NCBI RefSeq assembly: GCF_006345805.1
Contig: NC_043004.1
Span: 59,954,001-60,018,000 of the forward strand
DNA length: 64,000 bases
Source of the DNA: Octopus sinensis
Lineage: Eukaryota
Reading direction: 5' to 3'
Below the pieces are notes generated by a model. It worked only from the letters and a program-made list of their open reading frames with translations, did not search any database and was not told where the DNA came from. This document shows, piece after piece, positions 53,067 through 64,000 of this stretch (position 1 is the first letter of the stretch; every line of letters begins with the position of its first letter). A program made the position numbers and the translations under genes.

Positions 53067-53749
53067 TACATATTGGTGTACGGTGTGTGTGAGCGAGCGA
53101 GCAGATGAGTGAATAAGTGAGCTAGTGAGTGAGTGAGTGAGTTAGAGTGACGGACGTAATTTGAAATTTGAATTTTTTACTGGTAGTGTCCTTCTCTTCT
53201 TTCAAACATTAAATCCAAGTAATAGCAAACTCTACTCAAACTCCGTCTTAGCACGACGCCATTTTTCTTCCCAACTCGTGTTATATTACAACTGGAATCA
53301 TGTGTGCAGCATTCAGAAATCCTGAAAGGATTTGCGATCCTTAAATAGCGGCAATCTTCTAAGCCCCATTGCAAGTGTTTGAGTGTTTGAGGACCGAATG
53401 CATTTATTCATCTGCATAATTGCTGATAACATATCACCTTTAGAGTTGAATGTGTTAACATTGATTCGGGACCCCACCAACGAAAATGCTTTCTGTTCTG
53501 AAGGCATGAGTGAATGTAAGGGAAACGGTGTGTGTTGTGTACGTGTGTGTATATACATATACATACATATTCATACACACACATATATATACATATATAT
53601 CATATATATTCATATATATATACATATACATAAATATTCATACACACATATATATACATATATATCATATACATATATATACATATATATATATAGGACA
53701 TAGTACATATAAAATATTCTTTTGTAGATATTTTCCCCTCATTATTTTG

Positions 53750-54052
53750 ATTCTTCTTCCTCTTCCTCTTCCACTTCCTCTTCCTCTTCTTCTTTTTCTT
53801 CTTTTTTCTTCCTCTTCTTCTTCTTCTTTTTTCTTCTTCTTCTTCTTCTTCTTCTTCTTTTTTCTTCTTCTTCTCCCACTTCATCTTCCTCTCCTTCTTC
53901 TTATTTCTCTTTTTCTTCTTCTTCTTTCTCTTCTTCTTCTTCTTCATCTGTTTCTTCTTCTTTTTTTCTTTCTTTCTTCTTCTTCTCTTCTTCTTCTTCT
54001 TCTTCTTCTTCTTCTCCTTCCTCTTCCTTCTTCCTCCTTTTCTCCTACTCCT
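53750..54052. repeat. (CTT)n-rich array
   Basis: Directly visible. Confidence 0.95.
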
Positions 54053-54718
54053 TCCATTGCTGATGCTGCTGTCATAATTCCATTCACTTTTTTAGAATAT
54101 TATATCAACTGCGGAGCATTCGATTCGTGCTTTATTTTTAAAATGCTCCTCCACCAGATATCAAAAATGATGAAAGACGAAGTTGATCTATAGGGAATTT
54201 TGACTCAGAACTCAAACTAGATGGATCGCAACACGTTTTAACATAAAATTATAAGCTTCCAATAGTAAATTGACCGTGAAAAATGCTGAACTACTTTATA
54301 CACATTCCAGCAGCTGCTAATGTTTTTATTTATTTATTTAAAGTTTATCCTTTCTTATGACAAAGCTCAGGAATAATCCAGGCTAAAGTTTTCTAAATTT
54401 ACAAGGCACATCTCTCACTTTTTGCATCGATATCCACAAATTTGCCGCATCCAGTGAGAAGTGCAATTATCTGTACCATTCTACAACCCATTTTCAGATA
54501 AATGACGAAGCAGTAATTATTAAGAAGAACATTTTTGTCTCTCAGAGTTGTAACAAATTTCTACAGGCAACGGTGAAGCTGTGTGGTAAGAGACTTTCTT
54601 TCCAACAACACTGTTGTGGGTTCACTTCCATTGCATGGCACCCAGGGAAAGTGTCTTGTGAGTGGATTTTGTAGACGGAATCTGAAAGAGGCCGATCGTA
54701 CGTCTATATATATATATA

Positions 54719-56004
54719 CGAGGGGCGTTCAATAAGTAATGCCTCTGACTCACTTGCCTTTGTTTGATCTAGCTGAAATTTTGTATGTGCAATTATTTAT
54801 ATCTCTATAGATTACGTGGCAAATTACAGCTCCGAACTAATTGTGGTTTTTGATTTACAGGTGTTTGAAATGAGTCAAGTGGGAAATGGAGCATGTTGAG
54901 TGTCGAGCAGTGATCCGGTTTTTGTATTTGAAATGACGCACACCACAGGAGACTTTTAATGAAATGAAAGTAACTTATGGTGATGATGCCCCATCATATG
55001 ACCTTGTAAAACGCTGGCATCGTGAATTCAAACATGGTCGGAACTCTGTGGAAACAGCTCCCAGATCTGGTCGCACCCCTTCTGCCATTGATGAGGCATC
55101 TGTCCGTCAAGTTGAGGCTGCCATTTTGGAAGATCGACGCATAACTATTCGCCAAATAGCCCATGAGGTCAAGATTAGTACCGGGTCTGTGGAAACTATC
55201 ATTTATTTGCATATGCAAAAGGTGTCTGCCAGATGGATTTCCAAGTTGCTCACACTTTTCCAGAAGCAAGAACGCAAGAATTCCAGAAGCAAGTATTTCG
55301 GAATGTGCCAAGAAGATGAGTCAAAATTTTTCAAAAGACTGATTACACAGGATGAGACCTGGGTCCATCACTATGATCCAGAGACCAAAGCCCAGTCAAT
55401 GCAGTGGAAGCACCATGACTCACCTCCTCCAAAGAAGGCAAGGGTGCAGCCCTCCGCTGGCAAGGTCATGCTCACAGTTTTCTGGGACCAGGACGGAGTA
55501 GTGATGACAGATTTCCTGGCAAAGGGTACCACAATTACAGGAGCCTATCATGTTCCACTTTTGAGGAAATTAAGAGAAGCTATCGAAACCAAGAGGCGGG
55601 GCAAGATCAGCAAAGGCATCCTCCTCCTGCAGGACAACGCTCCGGTCCACAACTCGCGTGTCGCCAGATCAGAAGCACAGGCGTGCGGCTATGAACTCTT
55701 CCCTCATCCCTCTACTCTCCTGACCTTGCACCCTCTGATTTTCACCTCTTCCCAGCCATGAAGTTGTTTTTGAAAGGAAAGCGTTTTCCAGATGATGCAG
55801 CATTGATTTCTGAAGTCACGTCGTGGTTGGAGGACCCAGCTGGGGTCTTCTACGAAAACGGTCTCCAGAACTGCATCAAGCGATGAGAGAAATGCGTACC
55901 TCTGGGTTGTTCCTATGTAGAAAAAGACTAATACCTGTGCCAAGTTTCGTTGCTCTACTGCTATGGGAAGTGGGTCAGGGGTATTACTTATTGAATGCCC
56001 CTCG
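54719..56004 (+). mobile_element. Full-length mariner transposon (irritans-like), 1286 bp, TA TSD
   Basis: 37-bp TIRs CGAGGGGC(G/A)TTCAATAAGTAAT...CACTT (4 mismatches); TA at 54717-54718 and 56005-56006. Confidence 0.95.
54886..55931 (+). pseudogene. Mariner DD34D-type transposase pseudogene
   Basis: MEHVECRAVIRFL (early TGA), RSGR, ARWISKLL, ITQDETWVHHYDPE, QDNAPVH, frameshifted YSPDLAPSD, end YVEKD*. Confidence 0.93.
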
Positions 56005-56037
56005 TATATATATATATATATATTATATATATATATA

Positions 56038-56108
<71 letters not shown>

Positions 56109-56846
56109 TGTGTGCGTGCGTGTCTTTATGTCTGTAATTGTCCCCCACTACCGTTTGACAACCGGTGTTGCGGTGTTTACGTCCCTATAACTTAGCTAGT
56201 TGACAACAAGAGAGCGATGGAATAAGTACCAGCTGAAAATAACAACACTGGTGTTGATTTATCGACTGAAACACTTCAAGGCGGTATCCCAGTGTGGTCA
56301 CAGTAAAATGACCGGAAGAAGCAAATTATAAAGGATAAAATAATTAACTATTCTTACCTGATCCGCAACACTGCATTTATGTTTGAATGTATACCTGTTT
56401 CTACAAAGTAATTTAGTCGAATCTCACATGCTTGGGTTTTAGTGTCGCTCTTGCTTGCAGCTAATTCTTTCTAAGTTTATGATAATTCAGTGTAGGGGAA
56501 CATTCGATATCAATTTGTATGCTATTCTCGTTCACCCTGCTGTATAAGCAGAGATCAACGCTGATACACTTTCTATTTATGATGAATTGTAATAGAAGCC
56601 CTGCAATATACTGACATGTGGATGCCCTAGCTTCTTTGTCACAATTGATTTACCGAAATCTCATTGGAGTAGCAAGGGGGCCTGTTGGTCCTGGTGTAGT
56701 TAGGGGGCAACCTATATCATGACTTTAATAGAGGCTGCATGTTTGGGTCTGCTGTATAAGCCTGTATATGGGTATGAGTACAGCAATATATTCAAAGAAG
56801 GCCCCGCACGGCACATGAACTTGTAGTACTATTCATAAACAAAAAC

Positions 56847-56945
56847 ATTACGTATACTTGAAGTGTTTAACAGTTCAGGTATACGTAATACTTAATCCGA
56901 ACTCTAGGCAGTTCAGGAATACGTAATCCGAATTCTAGGCAGTTT
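56847..56945 (+). repeat. 16-bp hairpin overlapping a 31-38-bp tandem duplication
   Basis: ATTACGTATACTTGAA/TTCAGGTATACGTAAT; CAGTTCAGG.ATACGTAAT...CCGAA.TCTAGG x2. Confidence 0.8.
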
Positions 56946-57137
56946 CGAAAATAATATTCATTTTTCTCTGTATTCAAAATCAGCTATTCCTCCCAGAGTA
57001 TGCTATATCGACACCGGATATAATGTGGCAAAAATACTCGAAGAAGTTTATGTTACATGTAATCGAATTTTACTTTTTACTATTCTTTTTGAATGCGGCA
57101 ATGAAATTGCTATGGCAATCGAAATACATGCCTTATA

Positions 57138-57350
57138 TTGGCTTCAAATTTTGGCACAAGACCAGCAAGTTCAGGGAGACGATAAGTTTATTACATCGAC
57201 CCCAGTGCACAGCTGGTACTTATTTTATCGATCTCGATGTGATGACAGGCAAAGAAAATCTCGGCAGAATTTGAATTCAGAACTTAAAGACGGACGAAAT
57301 GCCGCTAAGCATCTTGTCGAGCGTGCTAACGGTTCTGCTATTGCACCACC
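57138..57350 (-). mobile_element. SINE family A (alternative tail), diverged
   Basis: TTCAAATTTTGGCACAAG tail; ATCGACCCCAGTG..CTGGTACTTA; GAAATGCCGCTAAGCAT. Confidence 0.8.
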
Positions 57351-57560
57351 TTCTGCATGGTTTATATTAACAAGCATTCGTGTGATCTTCAGCATGCATT
57401 AGTATGATTGGTTCCTTCAGTTTTATCAAGAGAAAAAACAACCAGCTAGATGGGAACGAATTGTCGGACCGTCTAGCGCGGCACATTTATGGGGGTGGTA
57501 TCAATTTTGGGTTTGCAATATGTATATTTTGTGGGGGCCCGAGAGAGGCAAGATAAACCA

Positions 57561-57942
57561 GCGAGCTGGCAGAATCGTTAGCACGCCGGGCGAAATACTT
57601 AGCAGTATTTTGTTTGCCGCTACGTTCTGAGTTCAAATTCCACCGAGGTCGACTTTGCCATTCATCCTTTCGGGGTCGATTAAATAACTGCCAGTTACTC
57701 AATGGAGTCGATATAATCGACTTAATCCGTTTGTCTGTCTTTGTTTGTCCTCTCTGTGTTTAGCCCCTTGTGCGCAGTAAAGAAATACCTATTTCGTCTT
57801 CCGTTATGTTCTGAGTTCAAATTCCGCCGAGGTCGACTTCACCTTTCATCCTTTCGGGGTCGATAATTTAAGTACCAGTTACGCACTGGGGCCGATGTAA
57901 TCGACTTAATCCGTTTGTCTGTGGGCAATAAGAAAAAAATAA
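57561..57942 (+). mobile_element. SINE family A head-to-tail dimer (second unit internally deleted)
   Basis: Same junction as 51770 (AAAGAAATA.. TATTTCGTC) at ~57788. Confidence 0.88.
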
Positions 57943-59098
57943 GATGTAGGACGGCAATTAATTTAGCAAGGCTTCATTGGTGCAGTTCCATAATCCAATC
58001 CATCTGTTTTGTTGATGCTTGAAATGTACGTAATCCACATGATAATTGAGATAATTCGATTGGGCGAATCCCTACCTACTAACTGAAAACAGAAAACAAA
58101 AGTTTGCTGTTATCGATTGTGGCGCTACGAAATAGCTCTCCCATTGGTGCTTCGATTGCATTTGCCTTCAGCAGAGGCATTTTTCTAACTTACTATCTAA
58201 TACTTATTGTTTTATGTATAGTAAGCCGGAACGCGATAGTACACTATTTCTTCAAAAAAGAGACTGGAAAGCGCAAATGTTGCACAGGGATGGCGAGAAT
58301 GAAGTAAATCTACTAACAGTTTGTCTAAGTAAAGCAAGTTGTTGAATGCGGGGATGTCGCTCATGAATGGAAAACGTCTCATTACTGCTAATGCACTGCG
58401 TCTGTGAAAAACTGGGTAAATTTATAGCAGCTATTTAGTGAGCGGCAAGGCCCTTGTTTGCATATTATTCGGTATTATTCAAGTAAAACACACTGGGTTA
58501 TTTTGTGAAAAAGGGTTAGGGGAAAGAAAGCAATGACATTAATGCTCCAAAAACCTCTACATATATTTGCATAATAAAGATAGCAAATAAAGAATGGCAA
58601 TAAAATAATTGATAAAAGATCTAAATGAAATACGACGAGATAGTAATAAAAGAACTGATAAAAGAACTCATGGCAATAAAATACGGTAAATGAGATGAAA
58701 CTAAAGACCTAATAATATGAAAAGCGGATAAAAGAATCGATGGAATTATTAAAATGAAGGAAATCACTAGCATTAGACTTGTTACATTTGAACCCCAAAT
58801 TTAAGGAGATTATCAATTTTCGGTCTTTCGCTTTGTGTGTCTACCTGCCTGTTCCTCTTCTCGCTTTCTTCTTTCTTTTTGTTATCTCTCTTCATATATA
58901 CATTTGTGTGTGTGTGTGCGTATATGTGTGTGCTTGAATGTAGGCGTGCTTGTGGTGTGCTTGTGGTGTGTATGTGTGTGTGCGTGTGTGCGTGAATGTG
59001 GGTGTGCTTGTGGTGTGTTTAGTTGTATATGTTATATATTTCTAAACATATGCATGTATATTTGTATATACGTATATATGCACGCACAAAAATACACA

Positions 59099-59143
<45 letters not shown>

Positions 59144-59939
59144 AAATCAAACAAATATACACTAATACAGAATCATATACGTTTATGTATTTGTTTTGAC
59201 AGATTCTTGATGTGAAATCGTGTGTTGAAAAAAACATTGTTATATATCAATATATTCGTTTTTCACTTCAGAGTTATTATTGTACATATTTTATGTCTCT
59301 GTTCTTGAAAAAAATCAGAGAGATAAATGATGAAATTAATGAAATAGAATATGAAATAAATTATTGAACTAAATTATATTGCTAACAGTACAGTAAGCAA
59401 ACTCTTAACACATACAAAACACATAAACACGCGCGCACACACGCACACACACAGGGACACACACTCGCTCTCTCATACACACACACTCACTCTCTCATAC
59501 ACACACGCTCATGCACAAACATACAGATGAAAAAGCATGTGCCGATAAGGGTACACACCGTAAAAAGAGAGAATGGACTCAACAGAACAAGAAGAGAAGC
59601 GTGGGATGCTTGAAGAAGTAACAGGATGTGTGACGAAAGATCTCCAAATAAATTACATTAAATAATTCCAATAGAAAATCTGACGGGAAGAATTAAAAAA
59701 AAATATTTGGTAAAAGATTAACGACTATTCCAACAACATAACAATAGTACTCGAAATGAGGTGTTGATAGACAGCTGACAGATGATGAAGGGTTGTTCTT
59801 TGTGTTATTTTGTCTGCTTCACATTTTTTCTCTCGTTCTTTGCGTATTTTTCTAATTTGTTTTCGTATTTCATGTTGTTCGCTGTTGGTGACGTCCTGTC
59901 CTTATTTTTGTATACATTCGCTGCTTTCTTCCAAGAAAT

Positions 59940-60165
59940 ATAATGCTCTTAGCTTAGGTTTTCCTTGGGGCTGATCAAATTGGAACAATCTCAAGTATAT
60001 TCTGCCGAAATTGCGAAGATAATCTGGTACTTGACTGAGGAAAGGAAACTGCGAATGATCCCTCCGTGTTTACTTTGTATCGTCTATCTGGATGTTTTGT
60101 TGTCCCATGTTTGTATCACCTAACCGTCCGGATGTTTTGCGTTCTTGTCCCATTTTGTATTATAT
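59940..60165 (+). repeat. Interspersed repeat family F
   Basis: Matches the reverse complement of 1485-1655. Confidence 0.7.
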
Positions 60166-60173
60166 ATATAATT

Positions 60174-60251
<78 letters not shown>

Positions 60252-60474
60252 TTAATCAATATACTGGTGGCAGTAAAATTCTACAAAATTTTCCTTGCCA
60301 CCCTATATTGATTAATTATGAATCTTTTGGTTAATTCCGTAATGGAATCGACGGCTGATATTTATTTGCTGCCGATAAATTTGGCGCGAGTGCGACGATT
60401 TGAAAATTTTAGGTCAGATATTGACTTGGCAAGATTGGGTATGCCTCGTGTATATATCTGTTCCGACTTGAGCT

Positions 60475-60581
60475 ATTTCTTGCTGAAGAATCCGAGGGCT
60501 TATGGAAGATTGGCTTGATTTAATTTAATCAGGTTAGTTTACCATTAAACAGCAGACGAAACGGTGCATCGTATAAGAAAT
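60475..60581 (+). ncRNA. Type I hammerhead ribozyme with extended stem II (copy 1)
   Basis: ATTTCTTG-CTGAAGA-(68 nt including 19-bp hairpin 60502-60545)-GAAA-CGGTGCATC-GTA-TAAGAAAT: stem I 8 bp, near-palindromic stem III ACGGTGCATCGT; stem II base imperfect. Confidence 0.75.
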
Positions 60582-60966
60582 TACAGGGTAAATGTTTTTT
60601 AAATTTTCTCCTGTTTACGGAATGACTTTTATTTGCGGTTGAAGCTTTGGCTGTTATTTCTAGTGGGTGAATGGCCTATTATGGCCGTTCCTTGATTGTT
60701 GATATATATAAATATATATATATATTATATATATATATATATATTTAATCAATATACTGGTGGCAGTAAAATTCTACAAAATTTTCCTTGCCACCCTATA
60801 TTGATTAATTATGAATCTTTTGGTTAATTCCGTAATGGAATCGACGGCTGATATTTATTTGCTGCCGATAAATTGGCGCGAGTGCGACGATTTGAAAATT
60901 TTAGGTCAGATATTGACTTGGCAAGATTGGGTATGCCTCGTGTATATATCTGTTCCGACTTGAGCT

Positions 60967-61073
60967 ATTTCTTGCTGAAGAATCCGAGGGCTTATGGAAG
61001 ATTGGCTTGATTTAATTTAATCAGGTTAGTTTACCATTAAACAGCAGACGAAACGGTGCATCGTATAAGAAAT
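60967..61073 (+). ncRNA. Type I hammerhead ribozyme (copy 2)
   Basis: Identical to copy 1, offset 492 nt. Confidence 0.75.
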
Positions 61074-61742
61074 TACAGGGTAAATGTTTTTTAAATTTTC
61101 TCCTGTTTACGGAATTGACTTTTATTTGCGGTTGAAGCTTTGGCTGTTATTTCTAGTGGGTGAATGGCCTATTATGGCCGTTCCTTGATTGTTGATATAT
61201 ATAAATATATATATATTGGGAAATTTGATAAAGCGTGTCGGAGCAGACCGTCTAAGTCTAAATCCGATTCATCAAACCAGACCAGTTACAAGCTATGGCA
61301 CGTTCATATTGTCGTGAGAATCCATTTCAACTCGTTAAATCCTGAGCAACATAGAGATCCACGACGTCTATTTGCTTTCAAAATTTTTTAGGCAAATGAA
61401 ACCATAAAATATTGTGCATTATCTCTGTTTCTCTTTTTCTCTCAGTTTCTATCTCTCTCTCTCTCCCTCAGTCTCGCTCTATATTTCATTACATGTCCGT
61501 CTATTTTATGTATACATGACTGTCTGCTTATATATTTTTTTCATCTCTCGATATCTCTAACTATGTGTCGAGTACTAACAAACAGTACCAACATGCTAAA
61601 TATAGCAGTCAACATGACAAAACCACACGTTTTCACTCGAACACAAAGGTGAAAGCGGGCAAATGAACAAAAAAATTTAAAACCCTGTACCAATGACGAA
61701 TATATATATATATATGTTATATATACATATATATACATACAT

Positions 61743-61785
<43 letters not shown>

Positions 61786-61791
61786 TATAAA

Positions 61792-61996
61792 TGTGACCTC
61801 GTGTGTACCGCTGGCGATTTTTTTTCCTCTGTCTTCCCTTCTCTGGATCTTTCCTTCACCTATGTTTCCGACGAAGAGCTCCGCTCGAAACGTTAAACCC
61901 TCCTTTCCTTCTTTCCTGAGCGTCCAATAATACTATATTTGTTCCACGTCCTCGCGTTGTTGTGCTTTTTTGTGCTTTCTTGTTTGGATTAACTTT
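61792..61996 (+). mobile_element. (TA)n-flanked short element carrying a minimal hammerhead
   Basis: Related decayed copies at 41566-41745 and ~14100-14225. Confidence 0.65.
61864..61898 (+). ncRNA. Minimal hammerhead ribozyme (U4>C variant)
   Basis: GTTT-CCGACGA-A-GAGC-TCC-GCTC-GAAA-C-GTT-AAAC: stem I GTTT/AAAC, palindromic ACGT stem III. Confidence 0.7.
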
Positions 61997-62011
61997 ATAT
62001 ACACATACATG

Positions 62012-62045
<34 letters not shown>

Positions 62046-62590
62046 TATGAATATATATATATATATATATCACACTTTTTCACGCCCTTACTTTTTATGT
62101 GTGTGTGATCGCAGTGTTTCCATATATCTATTAGTAGCCTAGTAACCCGTCTTTGCCGGGCAATTTTTACAATAAGATGACTGTATATCATTTTTTTCCA
62201 CATTCCGTGTCAAACGATCTCCTCCCAACCGATAGGCCTTTTGATCAGGACGGATTTCTGCATTATTTGGAGCAATTTGTAAAGTCTCCATAAACGATGT
62301 ATTTTCTTAGTTCTGTGGTGCACAAATATAACGATTTTCTTCCTTTCTGCTCCTAAACATAGAACATAAAGCTGACAATGTATTAACCTGGGCTCTTCAA
62401 CGTGTAAAATAGCAACTGAAACCTTTTGACTTTCCGATTTGTCAACAACTATCGCAAAATTAAGACACAATGCGGACTGAAGTAGTTTGAATTAAAATGA
62501 GAGATGGTATCCTAAATCCATGCGACAGAGGCTCGTGTGCGCTTATGATCTGATCGACGCATCAGTTAGATGATAATCTCATAAGACGCC

Positions 62591-62723
62591 CTTATTTTAT
62601 CGACTACAAAATTATGAAGGGCAAAGTCGATATTCGCAGAATTTGAACTCAGAAATTAAACACAGTCGAAATGTCGCTGAAACATTTTGCCCAGCGTGCT
62701 AATGATTCTGCTAGCTGGCCGCC
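62591..62723 (-). mobile_element. SINE family A, diverged
   Basis: GGCAAAGTCGA...GAATTTGAACTCAGAA...TGCTAATGATTCTGCTAGCTGGCCGCC. Confidence 0.8.
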
Positions 62724-62755
62724 TTATGTATGATATATTAAATGTTAAGATGGTA

Positions 62756-62813
<58 letters not shown>

Positions 62814-62864
62814 TACTACTGTTGGTGGTGGTGGTGGTCCTCGTCGTCATGTTATTATTATCAT

Positions 62865-62912
<48 letters not shown>

Positions 62913-64000
62913 GAAGTAAGTAGTTCTGTGTACTTTATTGCGAACAATAATATTTAACGTGATGTAAAATATGTCAGGTCTATACATCTACAGACTTCAA
63001 GTCCAACGCTCTCAAGAGTTTGGACGTCCCTCAGTAATACGTTTTACGTCAGTTCCTAACAATTGAGTATGTTCCAAATCTATAGTATATCGATTTATGT
63101 CTTACAATTGAAGAAATATTTCCTTTTGTATTAATTCCGAGTCTAAATGCAATTATCTCAAAATCGGTCTTTTGTTAACAAGTTCACATGAGACCATCTC
63201 ATAATAATGGTTTGCATTGATTTGCTGTTGTTTTTTTTTTATTTTATTTATTTTATACGGATTGTGTAATATTAAGAAATTATGTCGCAAAGTAGCGCTG
63301 CAGAGGTTAACGAGCAAAATTTTGATAATTTTGTTATTTCATATTCAGGAGCTAATCACCCGTTGAGTTCGAATCACGAATGTTCGATTTCCTTTCATAC
63401 AATATGCTAGCAGCGTAAGGTTATTTATATGTGCTAATATATTACAAAAATAGTTTACATTTAAGACAAAAATGGTTTTGAGACATATTTTGAAGAAAAT
63501 GGTTACGTCTGTAGTAACGAAAATCTTATGAGAAATGCTTCTATTTTCCACTTCATCGCTTCCCTGTTTCGTGCTGCAGGCATTAACGCAATTATGTGTA
63601 CAAAATTCTAGACGGCATCCAATCTGATTAGAACGGAATTAGTATTATTTTAGAAAGTAAACTGACAGCAGCAAGGTTGATGAGCGATACGAGTTGGTAT
63701 AAATGGAAGTGAGTACAGTATCAGCAAGTTCTGTAAACCAGACGAATCGATCTTGATAGAAAATAAATATTTAGGTAACAAAATACATGAGGTCTAAAAT
63801 CTGGAGTTTATTGGTTTCCTGTCACGTGGCTTCTGTGTGAAATGTTCTACATTTGCGTGTCTACTAACATCTCTCTGCCCGATTTGAAAGCACTTGGATG
63901 TTGAGTTAAGACATATCTATCTTCGTACGTAAAACACTACCATATCACTCAAAATACATAAAACAATTCACCTTTAGCTACCTATCGGGTCAGTTCTGCA

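Larger units (their letters stand above)
54565..56337 (+). mobile_element. SINE family B split by a mariner insertion (halves 54565-54716 and 56007-56337)
   Basis: 5' half ends GTAGACGGAATCTGAAAGAGGCC..CGTA(TA)n; 3' half resumes (TA)(TG)..TTGACAACCGGTGTTG...AATAAGTACC...GGCGGTATCCCAG. Confidence 0.8.
60251..61194 (+). mobile_element. Tandem dimer of a ~450-bp HHR-bearing unit separated by (TA)n (period 492-493 bp)
   Basis: 60251-60701 and 60744-61194 are identical except for two 1-bp indels; each unit carries a hammerhead. Confidence 0.9.

Overview
AT-rich eukaryotic non-coding DNA, saturated with microsatellites ((TA)n, (CA)n, (GATA)n, (AAT)n, (GAT/GAC)n, (GAA)n). The repeat landscape suggests an octopod cephalopod intergenic or intronic region (inference). 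No intact host gene is recognisable, and almost all ORFs in the track are translations of simple repeats. Interpretable content is mobile DNA: four mariner elements or remnants; fragments of CR1/L2-group, RTE, HERO-like and R4/Dong-like non-LTR retrotransposons; a Penelope-like (PLE) GIY-YIG element; a probable non-autonomous Helitron; and more than 25 copies of at least four tRNA-derived SINE families. The most notable signal is a dispersed set of about 10 hammerhead-ribozyme (HHR) motifs with palindromic stem III, mostly in short non-coding elements embedded in (TA)n. These include a canonical HHR just downstream of an interstitial (TTAGGG)12 array that truncates a LINE, a 492-493-bp tandem dimer with one HHR per unit (retrozyme-like), a U3-A8 compensatory-core HHR at the 3' end of the PLE, and a TSD-flanked fold-back insertion. 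All folds and alignments were done by eye, so boundaries are approximate.
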